From an uncultured Bacteroidales bacterium (lineage in GTDB: Bacteria > Bacteroidota > Bacteroidia > Bacteroidales > UBA12077): DNA of 64,000 nt. Below are positions 20,590-30,156 of the stretch, in pieces (within the stretch, counting starts at the first letter, position 1; each line of letters opens with the position of its first letter). The notes under the pieces were generated by a model. That model worked only from the letters and a program-made list of their open reading frames with translations. It did not search any database and was not told the origin of the DNA. The position numbers and the translations under genes are program-made. The stretch spans positions 205 to 64,204 of the forward strand of contig CAZSIC010000004.1 in NCBI GenBank assembly GCA_964606845.1. Direction: 5' to 3'.

Positions 20590-21753
20590 ATGCCAGATAA
20601 AAAACTAAAAAGAGTAGACCTTATATTCAGCGAAGAATGCAGCTGTAAAGATGTATTAGCTGAAGGGTTAAAAAGATCGAACGACGATATTTTAAAAGAA
20701 ATACTTGATTCAGGCCTTAAAGGTCGAGGCGGAGCAGGGTTTCCAACCGGACTTAAATGGAAATTTACTGCTCAGGAAAAAAGTGACGAAAAATATGTAA
20801 TTTGTAATGCCGATGAAGGCGAACCCGGTACGTTTAAAGATAGAGAAATCCTTACCAGAGTGCCTTTAAAGGTATTTGGTGGAATGGCTATTTGCGGCAA
20901 AGTTATCGGTGCAAAACATGGCTATTTATATTTAAGAGGTGAGTATCAATTCTTGAGAAAAGAATTAGATAAAGCACTTGATGAATTTCATCAAAATCTT
21001 AAAGAAATAAATTTTGATTTCCAGATTCATATTCTTATGGGTTCCGGTGCTTATATTTGCGGCGAAGAAAGTGCTTTATTCGAATCAATGGAAGGAAAAC
21101 GCGGAGAGCCCAGAAATAAACCTCCTTATCCAACCGTTGCCGGATTTAGAAATAAACCAACTGTAATTAATAACGTTGAAACATTGGTTTATTCATTTAT
21201 GATTACACGCATTGGCTCTGAAAAATTTCAGGAACTTGGAACAGCAGATTCAAGAGGTTCTAAAGTATTCTCTGTATCAGGAGATACTCCAATACCAGGA
21301 ATTTATGAACTTGAGCTGGGTATGCCATTAGAACATTTTGTCGAAGAATTTGGCGATGGAGATACCAAAGCAGTTCAGGTTGGAGGCGCTGCAGGATTCT
21401 GTGTGCCCCGTAAGAAATTTAAAGATACAATCATTGGTTTCGAAGGTGTTCCAACCGGAGGATCAATGATGATCTTTAACAGTTCAAGATCAATGTTTAA
21501 TGTTTTGAAAAATTATGTTGAATTTTTCGAAGAAGAATCTTGCGGACAATGTACTCCTTGTCGTGTTGGTTGCCAACAACTTAAAATTGGTATCGAGGCT
21601 GTAAAAAAAGGCGAAAAATCTGCTGCATATCTTGATACATTACGTAAATTAGCTGAAACCATGAAGGTTACTGCTAAATGTGGACTTGGACAGTCTGTAG
21701 CTAATTCATTCTCTTCTATCGTTGACAACTTTAAAGAAGAAATGATATACTAA
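20590..21753 (+). CDS. hydB: NuoF-like NAD(P)H/FMN subunit, minimal form
   Basis: GRGGAGFPTGLKW, ESCGQCTPCR and AKCGLGQS. Only 387 aa, with no extra ferredoxin domains. Confidence 0.88.
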   Translation: MPDKKLKRVDLIFSEECSCKDVLAEGLKRSNDDILKEILDSGLKGRGGAGFPTGLKWKFTAQEKSDEKYVICNADEGEPGTFKDREILTRVPLKVFGGMAICGKVIGAKHGYLYLRGEYQFLRKELDKALDEFHQNLKEINFDFQIHILMGSGAYICGEESALFESMEGKRGEPRNKPPYPTVAGFRNKPTVINNVETLVYSFMITRIGSEKFQELGTADSRGSKVFSVSGDTPIPGIYELELGMPLEHFVEEFGDGDTKAVQVGGAAGFCVPRKKFKDTIIGFEGVPTGGSMMIFNSSRSMFNVLKNYVEFFEEESCGQCTPCRVGCQQLKIGIEAVKKGEKSAAYLDTLRKLAETMKVTAKCGLGQSVANSFSSIVDNFKEEMIY

Positions 21754-21787
21754 TCAAAGTATTGTAAAAATTAAATTAAGGAAAAAA

Positions 21788-23578
21788 ATGGCTAATACAG
21801 TAAATTTAAAAATAGATGGAATCGATGTTAGTGTTGAGGAAGGCAAAACCATACTTGATGCTGCAAAGAAACTAAATATACATATTCCTACGCTTTGTTA
21901 CCACGAAGATTTATGTGTAGCCGGAAACTGTCGCGTATGTGTTGTTGAACAAGAAGGCGCTCGCAATCTTGCTGCTTCATGTGCAATGCCGGCTTCCGAT
22001 GGAATGGTTATTCATACGAATACGCACAAGGTTCGTAATGCACGTAAGCATGTTATCGAATTATTGCTTTCAGAGCATAATGCTGATTGTACGAAATGTT
22101 ATAAAAATACTAAGTGTGAATTACAGGAACTTGCCAGTGAAATGGTGATTACCGAACCAATGTTTATTGACTTGGTACCCGGTAAGAATTATACCATCGA
22201 CCAGCAATCTCCTTCTATCATTAAAGATGATAGTAAGTGTATTCGTTGCCAGCGTTGCGTAAGAACTTGTCACGAATTACAGCATGTAAGTGCATTAGGA
22301 GTTGCTTATAAAGGCGACCAGATGAAGATTTCAACATTCTTTGAAAATCCAATGTATGACGTAGTTTGTACCAATTGCGGACAGTGTGTAAACCGTTGTC
22401 CGACCGGTGCATTAATTGAAAAGAATTACCTTGATGATGTATGGGAAGCAATTTATGACGAAGACAAACATGTAATTGTACAAACTGCTCCTGCAACACG
22501 AATCGCATTAGGCGAAGATCTTGGAATGGATTCAGGTAGTATTGTTACCGGTAAAATGGCTTCTGCTTTAAGACGCTTAGGTTTCGACTCTGTTCTTGAT
22601 ACAGATTTTACAGCTGATTTAACCATTATGGAAGAGGGTACTGAATTATTAACCAGGTTAAAAAGAGCATTGGTTGATAAAGACCCAACAGTAAAATTAC
22701 CTATGACAACTTCTTGTTCTCCGGGATGGATCAAGTTTATTGAACATATGTATCCTGAGTATTTAGAAAATGTTTCTACTTGTAAATCGCCACAACAAAT
22801 GTTTGGTGCGCTTGCAAAAACTTATTATGCTCAGAAAAAAGGTATCGATCCTTCGAAAATTGTAAGTGTTTCGATTATGCCTTGTACAGCCAAAAAGTTT
22901 GAGGCAAACAGACCGGAAATGCACGATAGTGGATTCCAGGATGTAGATTTAGGACTAACAACCCGAGAACTTGCTGTTATGATTAAACAGGCAGGTATAG
23001 ATTTTAAACAACTTCCAGACGAAAAATTTGATAGCCTAATGGGCTCATCTTCTGGTGCAGCTGTTATATTTGGTGCAACAGGTGGTGTAATGGAAGCAGC
23101 ACTTCGTACCGCTTACGAATTGGTTACCGGACGAGAAGTACCATTCGAAAACTTAAATATCACACCTGTTCGTGGTATGGAAGGTGTTCGTGAAGCAGCT
23201 ATTAAGATAGAAAATGTATTGCCAGCATGGAGTTTCTTAGAAGGCGTTGAGCTTAAAACAGTGGTAGCTCACGGTTTAACAAATGCCCACCAGGTGATGG
23301 AAGCTGTGAAAAGCGGAAAAGCTGACTGGCATTTTATAGAAATTATGGCGTGCCCGGGCGGATGTCTTGGTGGTGGTGGACAACCTATACCAACTACTCC
23401 TGAAATTCGTCAAAAACGTGCCGAAGCTATTTATCGCGAGGATGAAGGAATGCCTATCAGAAAATCGCACGAGAATCCTGAAATACAACAAATCTATAAA
23501 GACTTTCTTGGTGAACCACTCAGCCACAAGTCGCATGAGTTATTACATACTCATTACCAGGAACGAAAGAGGAATTAA
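21788..23578 (+). CDS. hydA: [FeFe]-hydrogenase catalytic subunit
   Basis: N-terminal 2Fe-2S, a His-ligated cluster (HNADCTKCYKNTKC) and 2x[4Fe-4S]. H-cluster motifs are TSCSPGW (variant), MPCTAKKFE and EIMACPGGCLGGGGQP. Confidence 0.93.
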   Translation: MANTVNLKIDGIDVSVEEGKTILDAAKKLNIHIPTLCYHEDLCVAGNCRVCVVEQEGARNLAASCAMPASDGMVIHTNTHKVRNARKHVIELLLSEHNADCTKCYKNTKCELQELASEMVITEPMFIDLVPGKNYTIDQQSPSIIKDDSKCIRCQRCVRTCHELQHVSALGVAYKGDQMKISTFFENPMYDVVCTNCGQCVNRCPTGALIEKNYLDDVWEAIYDEDKHVIVQTAPATRIALGEDLGMDSGSIVTGKMASALRRLGFDSVLDTDFTADLTIMEEGTELLTRLKRALVDKDPTVKLPMTTSCSPGWIKFIEHMYPEYLENVSTCKSPQQMFGALAKTYYAQKKGIDPSKIVSVSIMPCTAKKFEANRPEMHDSGFQDVDLGLTTRELAVMIKQAGIDFKQLPDEKFDSLMGSSSGAAVIFGATGGVMEAALRTAYELVTGREVPFENLNITPVRGMEGVREAAIKIENVLPAWSFLEGVELKTVVAHGLTNAHQVMEAVKSGKADWHFIEIMACPGGCLGGGGQPIPTTPEIRQKRAEAIYREDEGMPIRKSHENPEIQQIYKDFLGEPLSHKSHELLHTHYQERKRN

Positions 23579-23594
23579 AATAATATCTTATATT

Positions 23595-23630
23595 AAAAAA
23601 AGGGTAGCGTTTTGCTATCCTTTTTTTTTG
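23595..23630 (+). terminator. Rho-independent terminator after hydA
   Basis: Stem GGGTAGC/GCTATCC with a T9 run. Confidence 0.6.
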
Positions 23631-23667
23631 TCGTATTTTCACATTCAAGACCTTTAACTCTTAATAT

Positions 23668-26361
23668 ATGCGATCTAAAAAAAGTTTCTTCTTATTTTCA
23701 CCCTGGTTTATGAGCGTTTTATTTATTGTATTTGCCATGGCAATGGCGTTTGCCACATTTTTTGAAAATGATTTTGGGGCACAAGCCGCCCGAAAATTGG
23801 TCTATGAAACCAAATGGTTTGAATTAATTTTTGTATTAATGATTATTAATCTTGCAGGTCAAATTTTTCATTATAAATTATATCGTAAAAAGAAACTTAC
23901 AATTTTATTGCTTCACTTGTCGTTTGTTTTAATTGTTTTAGGTGCCGCTATTACACGTTATTTTGGTTTCGAAGGGACAATGCATATACGTGAAGGCGAA
24001 GTACAAAATAAATGTTTATCTACAGATCAGTACTTACACTTTACCATTAAAGACCAGGATGGACAAATTCTTGATTCGGATTTGCAAAAGCTAACAATAA
24101 CAGCTGTTTCCTGGGATAATTATCACCAGAAATTAATTGCCAATGATATTGAATATTCTCTGAAGTTAGTTAATTACAAAATTTCACCTGCAGGAATGGG
24201 TGCAGTTCGTTTTAATTTAAGTTATCATAATAAAACGCATGATTTAACCCTTTGGACAGCTGAAAATACTGATAATTCACTGGAACATCAAAATAATAAA
24301 CATATAGTAGAAGTAGTTTATCAGCCAAAAACCATCAAATTACCTTTTTTACTTAAACTGGAAGATTTCATACTTGAAAGGTATCCGGGTTCCAGCAGTC
24401 CTTCATCGTATAAAAGTAATGTGGTATTAATAGATGAGGAAAAAAACATGTCCTTCCCATATTCTATCTATATGAATCATATCTTAAAATATCAGGGATG
24501 GCGTTTTTATCAGTCATCTTATGATAAGGATGAGAATGGAACTATTTTATCAGTAAATAAAGACAGGGCTGGAATGATGGTTACTTATGCAGGTTATTTT
24601 TCTTTGTTTTTGTTTATAATTCTTTCTATGCTCAACAAAAATTCATTGTTCAGGACTGTAAACCGTAACTTTTTTCGTTCAGGAATAACAAAAATTTTGC
24701 TTTTGCTCTTTTTTTTCAGTTTTTCGGGGCTAACAACATTTTCACAGGACAATAAATTGGTCGTAGAAAAGCCTCTTGCCAATGAATTTGGTAAGATACT
24801 GGTACAAGATCAAAAGGGCAGGACAAAACCATTATATACTTTAAGCCATGATATTTTAAGAAAACTTGTACGTAAAACAGAAATTGAAAAATATTCACCT
24901 ATGCAGGTTTTTTTAGGATTATATTTTGATTTTGAGCAATGGCAGCATTATCCACTAATAAAGATATCAAATCAACAAATACAACAAATTGCCGGAATAT
25001 CTTCTGGTTACGCTGCTTTTTCGGATGTGGTTGATATAAAACAAAATACTTATAAATTGAGGCCTTATGTAGATAAAGCCTATGCTAAACCTGCCAAGGC
25101 AAGAAGTAAATTCGATAATGAAATTATAAAAACAGATGAACGGCTAAATATTTGTTTTATGATTTATACCGGCGATTTTTTAAAGATTTTTCCTGTAAAT
25201 GATTCTCTAAAACGGTGGTATACTCCTAATAATGCACATCAAATGGTTATTGATAAAGAAGATTCCGCGTTTGTGCGAAATATAATTCCGTACTTTATTT
25301 CTGAATTTAAAGGCCACAATACTGAAAATTCAAAAGAAATTATTGATGCCATACAAAAATATCAGTATCAAAAAGCACGATATGAGCTTCCATCAGATAA
25401 AAAAGTAAAAGCCGAAGTTTTTTATCATAAAGCAAAAATCTATGAAATGTTATTCCCATTTTATGCTGTTGTTGGAGTAGTTTTATTGTTTTTTCTGATT
25501 TATCAGATTATTACACGCAAAAAGCAACCTCAATACATGAGCATAATTTTTAAATTATTGCTCTTAGCAGGATTTTTATTTCATACACTTGGATTAGCAG
25601 TTAGATGGTATGTATCGGGCCATGCACCCATGAGTAATGGTTATGAAACCATGATTTTTATTTCGTGGGTAACAATATTGGCAGGTTTTATCTTTTCCCG
25701 CCGATCGTTATTTGTATTAGCAGCTACATCAGTTTTAGGGGGTTTTACTTTACTCGTTGCCCATTTAAGTTTCATGGACCCTGAAATAACGAACCTTGTG
25801 CCTGTACTCCAGTCATACTGGTTAACTTTACATGTTTCTATAATAACCAGTAGCTATGGATTTTTGGGTTTAGGAGCTATTATTGGAATTATTGTACTTA
25901 TTTTATATTCCATCACCTCTACTCAAAATAAGAATGAAATTGTATCAACTATCGAGGAGCTTACGGTTATTAATTATAAATCACTTACCATTGGTTTGTA
26001 TCTTTTAACCATCGGAACATTTTTAGGAGCTATTTGGGCCAATGAATCCTGGGGCCGCTATTGGGGATGGGACCCAAAAGAAACATGGTCTCTTATAACG
26101 ATTATTGTTTATAGCTTTATTATACATTCAAAAAATATTGTTGGACTAAGAGGTTTTTTTGCCTTTAATACCATGGCTCTGTTTGGATTTTCTTCTGTAT
26201 TAATGACCTATTTTGGGGTAAATTATTACCTTTCAGGGTTGCATTCATATGCTGGTGGCGACCCAGTCCCCATACCAAAATTTGTTTATATTTCTGTATT
26301 TTTGATTATTGTATTAACTACTTTTGCTTTTTACCGGCAACGAAAGTATGATTTATCATAA
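23668..26361 (+). CDS. ccsBA: Fused cytochrome c biogenesis protein CcsB(ResB)-CcsA (system II)
   Basis: 897 aa. ResB-like N-terminal part. C-terminal polytopic part with the Trp-rich heme-handling motif WGRYWGWDPKETWS. Confidence 0.88.
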   Translation: MRSKKSFFLFSPWFMSVLFIVFAMAMAFATFFENDFGAQAARKLVYETKWFELIFVLMIINLAGQIFHYKLYRKKKLTILLLHLSFVLIVLGAAITRYFGFEGTMHIREGEVQNKCLSTDQYLHFTIKDQDGQILDSDLQKLTITAVSWDNYHQKLIANDIEYSLKLVNYKISPAGMGAVRFNLSYHNKTHDLTLWTAENTDNSLEHQNNKHIVEVVYQPKTIKLPFLLKLEDFILERYPGSSSPSSYKSNVVLIDEEKNMSFPYSIYMNHILKYQGWRFYQSSYDKDENGTILSVNKDRAGMMVTYAGYFSLFLFIILSMLNKNSLFRTVNRNFFRSGITKILLLLFFFSFSGLTTFSQDNKLVVEKPLANEFGKILVQDQKGRTKPLYTLSHDILRKLVRKTEIEKYSPMQVFLGLYFDFEQWQHYPLIKISNQQIQQIAGISSGYAAFSDVVDIKQNTYKLRPYVDKAYAKPAKARSKFDNEIIKTDERLNICFMIYTGDFLKIFPVNDSLKRWYTPNNAHQMVIDKEDSAFVRNIIPYFISEFKGHNTENSKEIIDAIQKYQYQKARYELPSDKKVKAEVFYHKAKIYEMLFPFYAVVGVVLLFFLIYQIITRKKQPQYMSIIFKLLLLAGFLFHTLGLAVRWYVSGHAPMSNGYETMIFISWVTILAGFIFSRRSLFVLAATSVLGGFTLLVAHLSFMDPEITNLVPVLQSYWLTLHVSIITSSYGFLGLGAIIGIIVLILYSITSTQNKNEIVSTIEELTVINYKSLTIGLYLLTIGTFLGAIWANESWGRYWGWDPKETWSLITIIVYSFIIHSKNIVGLRGFFAFNTMALFGFSSVLMTYFGVNYYLSGLHSYAGGDPVPIPKFVYISVFLIIVLTTFAFYRQRKYDLS

Positions 26362-26427
26362 TTTTGGTACTGGCAAGATTGTTTTTAGCCGGATTATTAT
26401 TTTCTTTGTAATAAGAAATTTTGACCT

Positions 26428-26772
26428 ATGTTCCAGTTTGGATTGTTTTCAACGTTTATTCCTTACCTGATATTTGCGATCAGCTATATTGGGTTTCTGG
26501 GTTATGGTGCCCTTCAAAAAGAAAATACATTTGATTTTACAAATTCAAGCCAACTAATTCAGTTAAAAAAATCTGATTATTCCCAAATATCACAAATTGA
26601 TTATCTTAACGAGCAATACAAACAACAGATTTCAAAGAATTCAACTTTAAACTTTTCAACCTGTTTTAATGACATTTATTGCCATCCAGTTATTTTTTAT
26701 GTAGATGATTATAAGCAGGAATATCATTTTCAGAGCATTTTCTCCAGGCCGCCACCGGCTAAGTTTTCCTAA
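26428..26772 (+). CDS. Hypothetical small membrane-anchored protein
   Basis: 114-aa ORF with one N-terminal hydrophobic segment. No recognisable motif. Confidence 0.35.
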   Translation: MFQFGLFSTFIPYLIFAISYIGFLGYGALQKENTFDFTNSSQLIQLKKSDYSQISQIDYLNEQYKQQISKNSTLNFSTCFNDIYCHPVIFYVDDYKQEYHFQSIFSRPPPAKFS

Positions 26773-26871
26773 TATTTATTTAATGTTTTTTATTTATACT
26801 TCTGCATAAAGTATAAGTAATTAATTATCCATTAACCTTCATTTTTAAACAAGACTGATATATTTTGAAAG

Positions 26872-28962
26872 ATGAGAACATTCATTATTACTCTATTACT
26901 CATGTTTAAGTTTAGTGGTATATCAGCTCAGGATTTTATTGTTCTGGCTGATAGTACAGATATTCCACAACTCCAAATTAACGAAGCATATGTTAGCGCT
27001 TCAAAAGATAATTTGAAATTAAAGGAAATGCCGGTTTCGGTAAGTTTTTTAACAGAGAAAAGGCTTCAAGCTAATCAGGTGTTGGCTTTACCTGATATTT
27101 CGGTAACTGTTCCCAATTTTTTTATGCCCGATTACGGCTCTAAATTAACTTCTCCGGTATATATCCGAGGAATCGGTTCACGAATTAATGCTCCATCCGT
27201 TGGTTTATATGTCGACCAGGTTCCATATTTTGAAAAAGCTGCTTTCAATTTTGATTTTTTTGATATTGAACGGGTTGAGGTATTGCGAGGCCCACAGGGA
27301 ACATTATATGGGAGAAACACACTGGGAGGAATCGTGAATATCCGAACCAAATCGCCATTTCAGCATCATGGTACTGACATTAAAATTTCTGCAGGAACTT
27401 ACAATGCATATCAAATCAGTGCAAATCATTATAATGATTTGAATCAAAAATTGGGTTATTCACTGTCTGCTAATTATATCAATAATGCTGGATATTATCC
27501 TAATGATTTTTTGAATAATATGGCAGATGATTTAACTTCTTTAGGCCTTCGTAATAAACTTATTTGGAGAGTTAATGATAAAATAACCATGAAAAATGTT
27601 GCGGCTTTTGAATCGAGCAGGCAGGGTGGTTATCCTTATGCCGAGTATGATAGCCTGCAAACCAAAAGTTTGCCCGTAAATTATAACCAATCCAGCAGTT
27701 ATAAACGTGATATGTTTTCCAATGCACTGATTTTTGAATATGCAGGGGAGAGGGTTCATGTTGTTTCTACCTCTTCATACCAGCTGTTGGATGATATACA
27801 ACAAATTGACCAGGATTTTACAACTGATTCGTTGCTTTTTGCTAATCAGGATCAGGTTCAAAACTTATTTTCGCAGGAGATTATTCTCCGCTCATCGAAA
27901 CAGTCGAAATACAAGTGGCTTTTTGGAGGCTATGGTTTTATGCAACTATTCGATAAAAGGGTTGATGTGGATATCTACTCAGCAAACATGGAAGTGATAA
28001 AACATTACGACCACACCATTTATGGCGGAGCAATTTTTCACCAATCAACCATTGATGATTTATTGATTAATAACTTGTCAGTAATTGCAGGGTTACGCCT
28101 TGATTTTGAGAATGACACTGAAGATTATCTTTATGACAGAAACATAGCAGGAAATCTAACGAATGTTGACGATACAACAGGAATTCTGGAATCGTTTGTC
28201 GTGCTTCCTAAGGTTGCATTAAATTATAAAACTGAAAATGGTAATATTTATGCAACGGTAGCTAAAGGTTATAAAACCGGTGGTTTTAATTCAACTTTCG
28301 ATGAGGACCGCCCCCAAGACCGTACTTTTGATCCTGAATACAGTTGGAATTATGAAGTGGGTATTAAAACTGCTTTGTTGAATAAACAAATTTATGCCAA
28401 TGTGGCTTTGTTTTATATCGAATGGGATAATCAGCAGATTTACCAAACGAATCCCAGTGGTTATGGCTCACGGCTAACCAATGCAGGAGAAACAGTGAGT
28501 AAAGGAATGGAGTTAACATTACAGGCAGTTCCTGTTTGCGGTTATAACTTATTAGTAGGGTATGGATATACGCATGCCAGATTTGTTAAATATTTGCAGA
28601 ATGAGCAAACCAATTATAATGGTAATTTTTTGCCTTATATACCGAGTAATACCCTTTCTGCTCAATTAAATAAAACTTATGATTTAGATAATAGTCAATG
28701 GCTTGATGAAATCAGGTTAAATCTGATTTATAAAGGGTTGGGTAAAATATATTGGAACGAAGAAAATACAGCTTCACAATCTTTTTATAGTGTAATCAAT
28801 GCTAAATTGTCATTTGTGAAAAATAATATTCAATTTGATTTGTGGGGACGGAATTTGCTGAATAATGATTATCATGCTTTTTATTTTACGGTTTATGATA
28901 ATGATTTTGTGCAAACAGGGAAGCCAGTGAATTTTGGTATTGACTTTAAAATAAAATTTTAG
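26872..28962 (+). CDS. TonB-dependent receptor
   Basis: Signal peptide, plug region (VEVLRGPQGTLYGRNTLGGIVNI), long beta-barrel and terminal Phe. Confidence 0.9.
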   Translation: MRTFIITLLLMFKFSGISAQDFIVLADSTDIPQLQINEAYVSASKDNLKLKEMPVSVSFLTEKRLQANQVLALPDISVTVPNFFMPDYGSKLTSPVYIRGIGSRINAPSVGLYVDQVPYFEKAAFNFDFFDIERVEVLRGPQGTLYGRNTLGGIVNIRTKSPFQHHGTDIKISAGTYNAYQISANHYNDLNQKLGYSLSANYINNAGYYPNDFLNNMADDLTSLGLRNKLIWRVNDKITMKNVAAFESSRQGGYPYAEYDSLQTKSLPVNYNQSSSYKRDMFSNALIFEYAGERVHVVSTSSYQLLDDIQQIDQDFTTDSLLFANQDQVQNLFSQEIILRSSKQSKYKWLFGGYGFMQLFDKRVDVDIYSANMEVIKHYDHTIYGGAIFHQSTIDDLLINNLSVIAGLRLDFENDTEDYLYDRNIAGNLTNVDDTTGILESFVVLPKVALNYKTENGNIYATVAKGYKTGGFNSTFDEDRPQDRTFDPEYSWNYEVGIKTALLNKQIYANVALFYIEWDNQQIYQTNPSGYGSRLTNAGETVSKGMELTLQAVPVCGYNLLVGYGYTHARFVKYLQNEQTNYNGNFLPYIPSNTLSAQLNKTYDLDNSQWLDEIRLNLIYKGLGKIYWNEENTASQSFYSVINAKLSFVKNNIQFDLWGRNLLNNDYHAFYFTVYDNDFVQTGKPVNFGIDFKIKF

Positions 28963-30156
28963 ATGCAAGAGAAAAGTTGGCAAAAATTTTCGGTACTTTT
29001 TAGTTTGTACATTGCTCAATCGATTCCAATGAGTTTTTTTTCTACCGTTGTTCCGGTAATTATGCGGCAGGAAAATTACTCGCTCGAATCCATTGGTTTG
29101 TTGCAGTTGGTTAAATTACCGTGGATATTTAAGTTTTTATGGGCCCCGATGATCGATAAAAGAACCCATTCGACCCGCGACTTAAGAAAATGGATTATTT
29201 TGTCTGAGCTATTTTATGGCATGGTAATCTTGGCCATTGGGTTATTCAGCCTAAAAACCGATTTTACGCTAATTATAATACTTATGGTTATAGCCTTTAT
29301 TGCATCCGCCACACAGGATATTGCTACCGATGCCTATGCGATTTTGATTCTTAAGCATAAAGAACGAAGTATCGGGAACAGCATGCAATCGGCTGGTAGT
29401 TTTATTGGGTCATTGGCTGGTACAGGTGTTTTGTTGGTTGTATATTATTATTTGGGATGGACTGTTTTATTAACTTTCCTGGCTGCATTTACAATATTTG
29501 CGTTGGTGCCGGTTTTTAGTTATAAAAGAAAAAATCCCGTAGTAAAAACCCATCATACAAGAGTTTCGTTGCATGATGTTGCCTCTTTTTTTAAGTCAAC
29601 AACAATGAAAATGCGATTGTTGGTTTTACTTACCTATTATGCTGCAATTATTGGAATTTTAGCCATGCTTAAACCTTACCTGGTAGATTTGGGTTATTCT
29701 GTAAAAGAAATCGGTTTTATGTCGGGTATTGTAGGAACTTCTGTAGCTGCAGGGTTTTCTTTTTTAGCCGGTTATATTATCAAACGAATTGGACGTAAAA
29801 CCAGTATGTATGTGTTTTTAGGAATCAATATCCTGGTGGCGGTTTATTTTAGGTATATCTCTTTTAGTATCCCATCGTTGGCCGAAATTTATATTGGAAT
29901 ATGCATTTTATGGGGTGCTTATGGTTTATCTTCAGTAGCTATTTATACCACATCGATGGATGTTGTGCGTAAAGGGCGTGAAGGAACCGATTTTACGTTG
30001 CAAATTGTTTTAACTCATCTTAGCGGATTAATTGTTGCTGTTTTAAGCGGGCGCCTTGGCGATCAGTTAGGCTATACCGGTTTATTTAATGTTGAAATTT
30101 TTGTGGGTATATTTGCCATGTTGATGCTTATAATCTATCAAAAAAGTAAGAAATGA
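28963..30156 (+). CDS. MFS transporter (AmpG/PAT-like)
   Basis: About 12 hydrophobic segments. LPWIFKFLWAPMIDK signature. Start abuts the receptor stop. Confidence 0.75.
   Translation: MQEKSWQKFSVLFSLYIAQSIPMSFFSTVVPVIMRQENYSLESIGLLQLVKLPWIFKFLWAPMIDKRTHSTRDLRKWIILSELFYGMVILAIGLFSLKTDFTLIIILMVIAFIASATQDIATDAYAILILKHKERSIGNSMQSAGSFIGSLAGTGVLLVVYYYLGWTVLLTFLAAFTIFALVPVFSYKRKNPVVKTHHTRVSLHDVASFFKSTTMKMRLLVLLTYYAAIIGILAMLKPYLVDLGYSVKEIGFMSGIVGTSVAAGFSFLAGYIIKRIGRKTSMYVFLGINILVAVYFRYISFSIPSLAEIYIGICILWGAYGLSSVAIYTTSMDVVRKGREGTDFTLQIVLTHLSGLIVAVLSGRLGDQLGYTGLFNVEIFVGIFAMLMLIIYQKSKK

Noticed and set aside
23367-23657. 96-aa plus-strand ORF overlapping the hydA 3' end and running through its terminator.
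   Set aside because: It is out of frame within a conserved gene, crosses a hairpin and T-run, and has no motifs.
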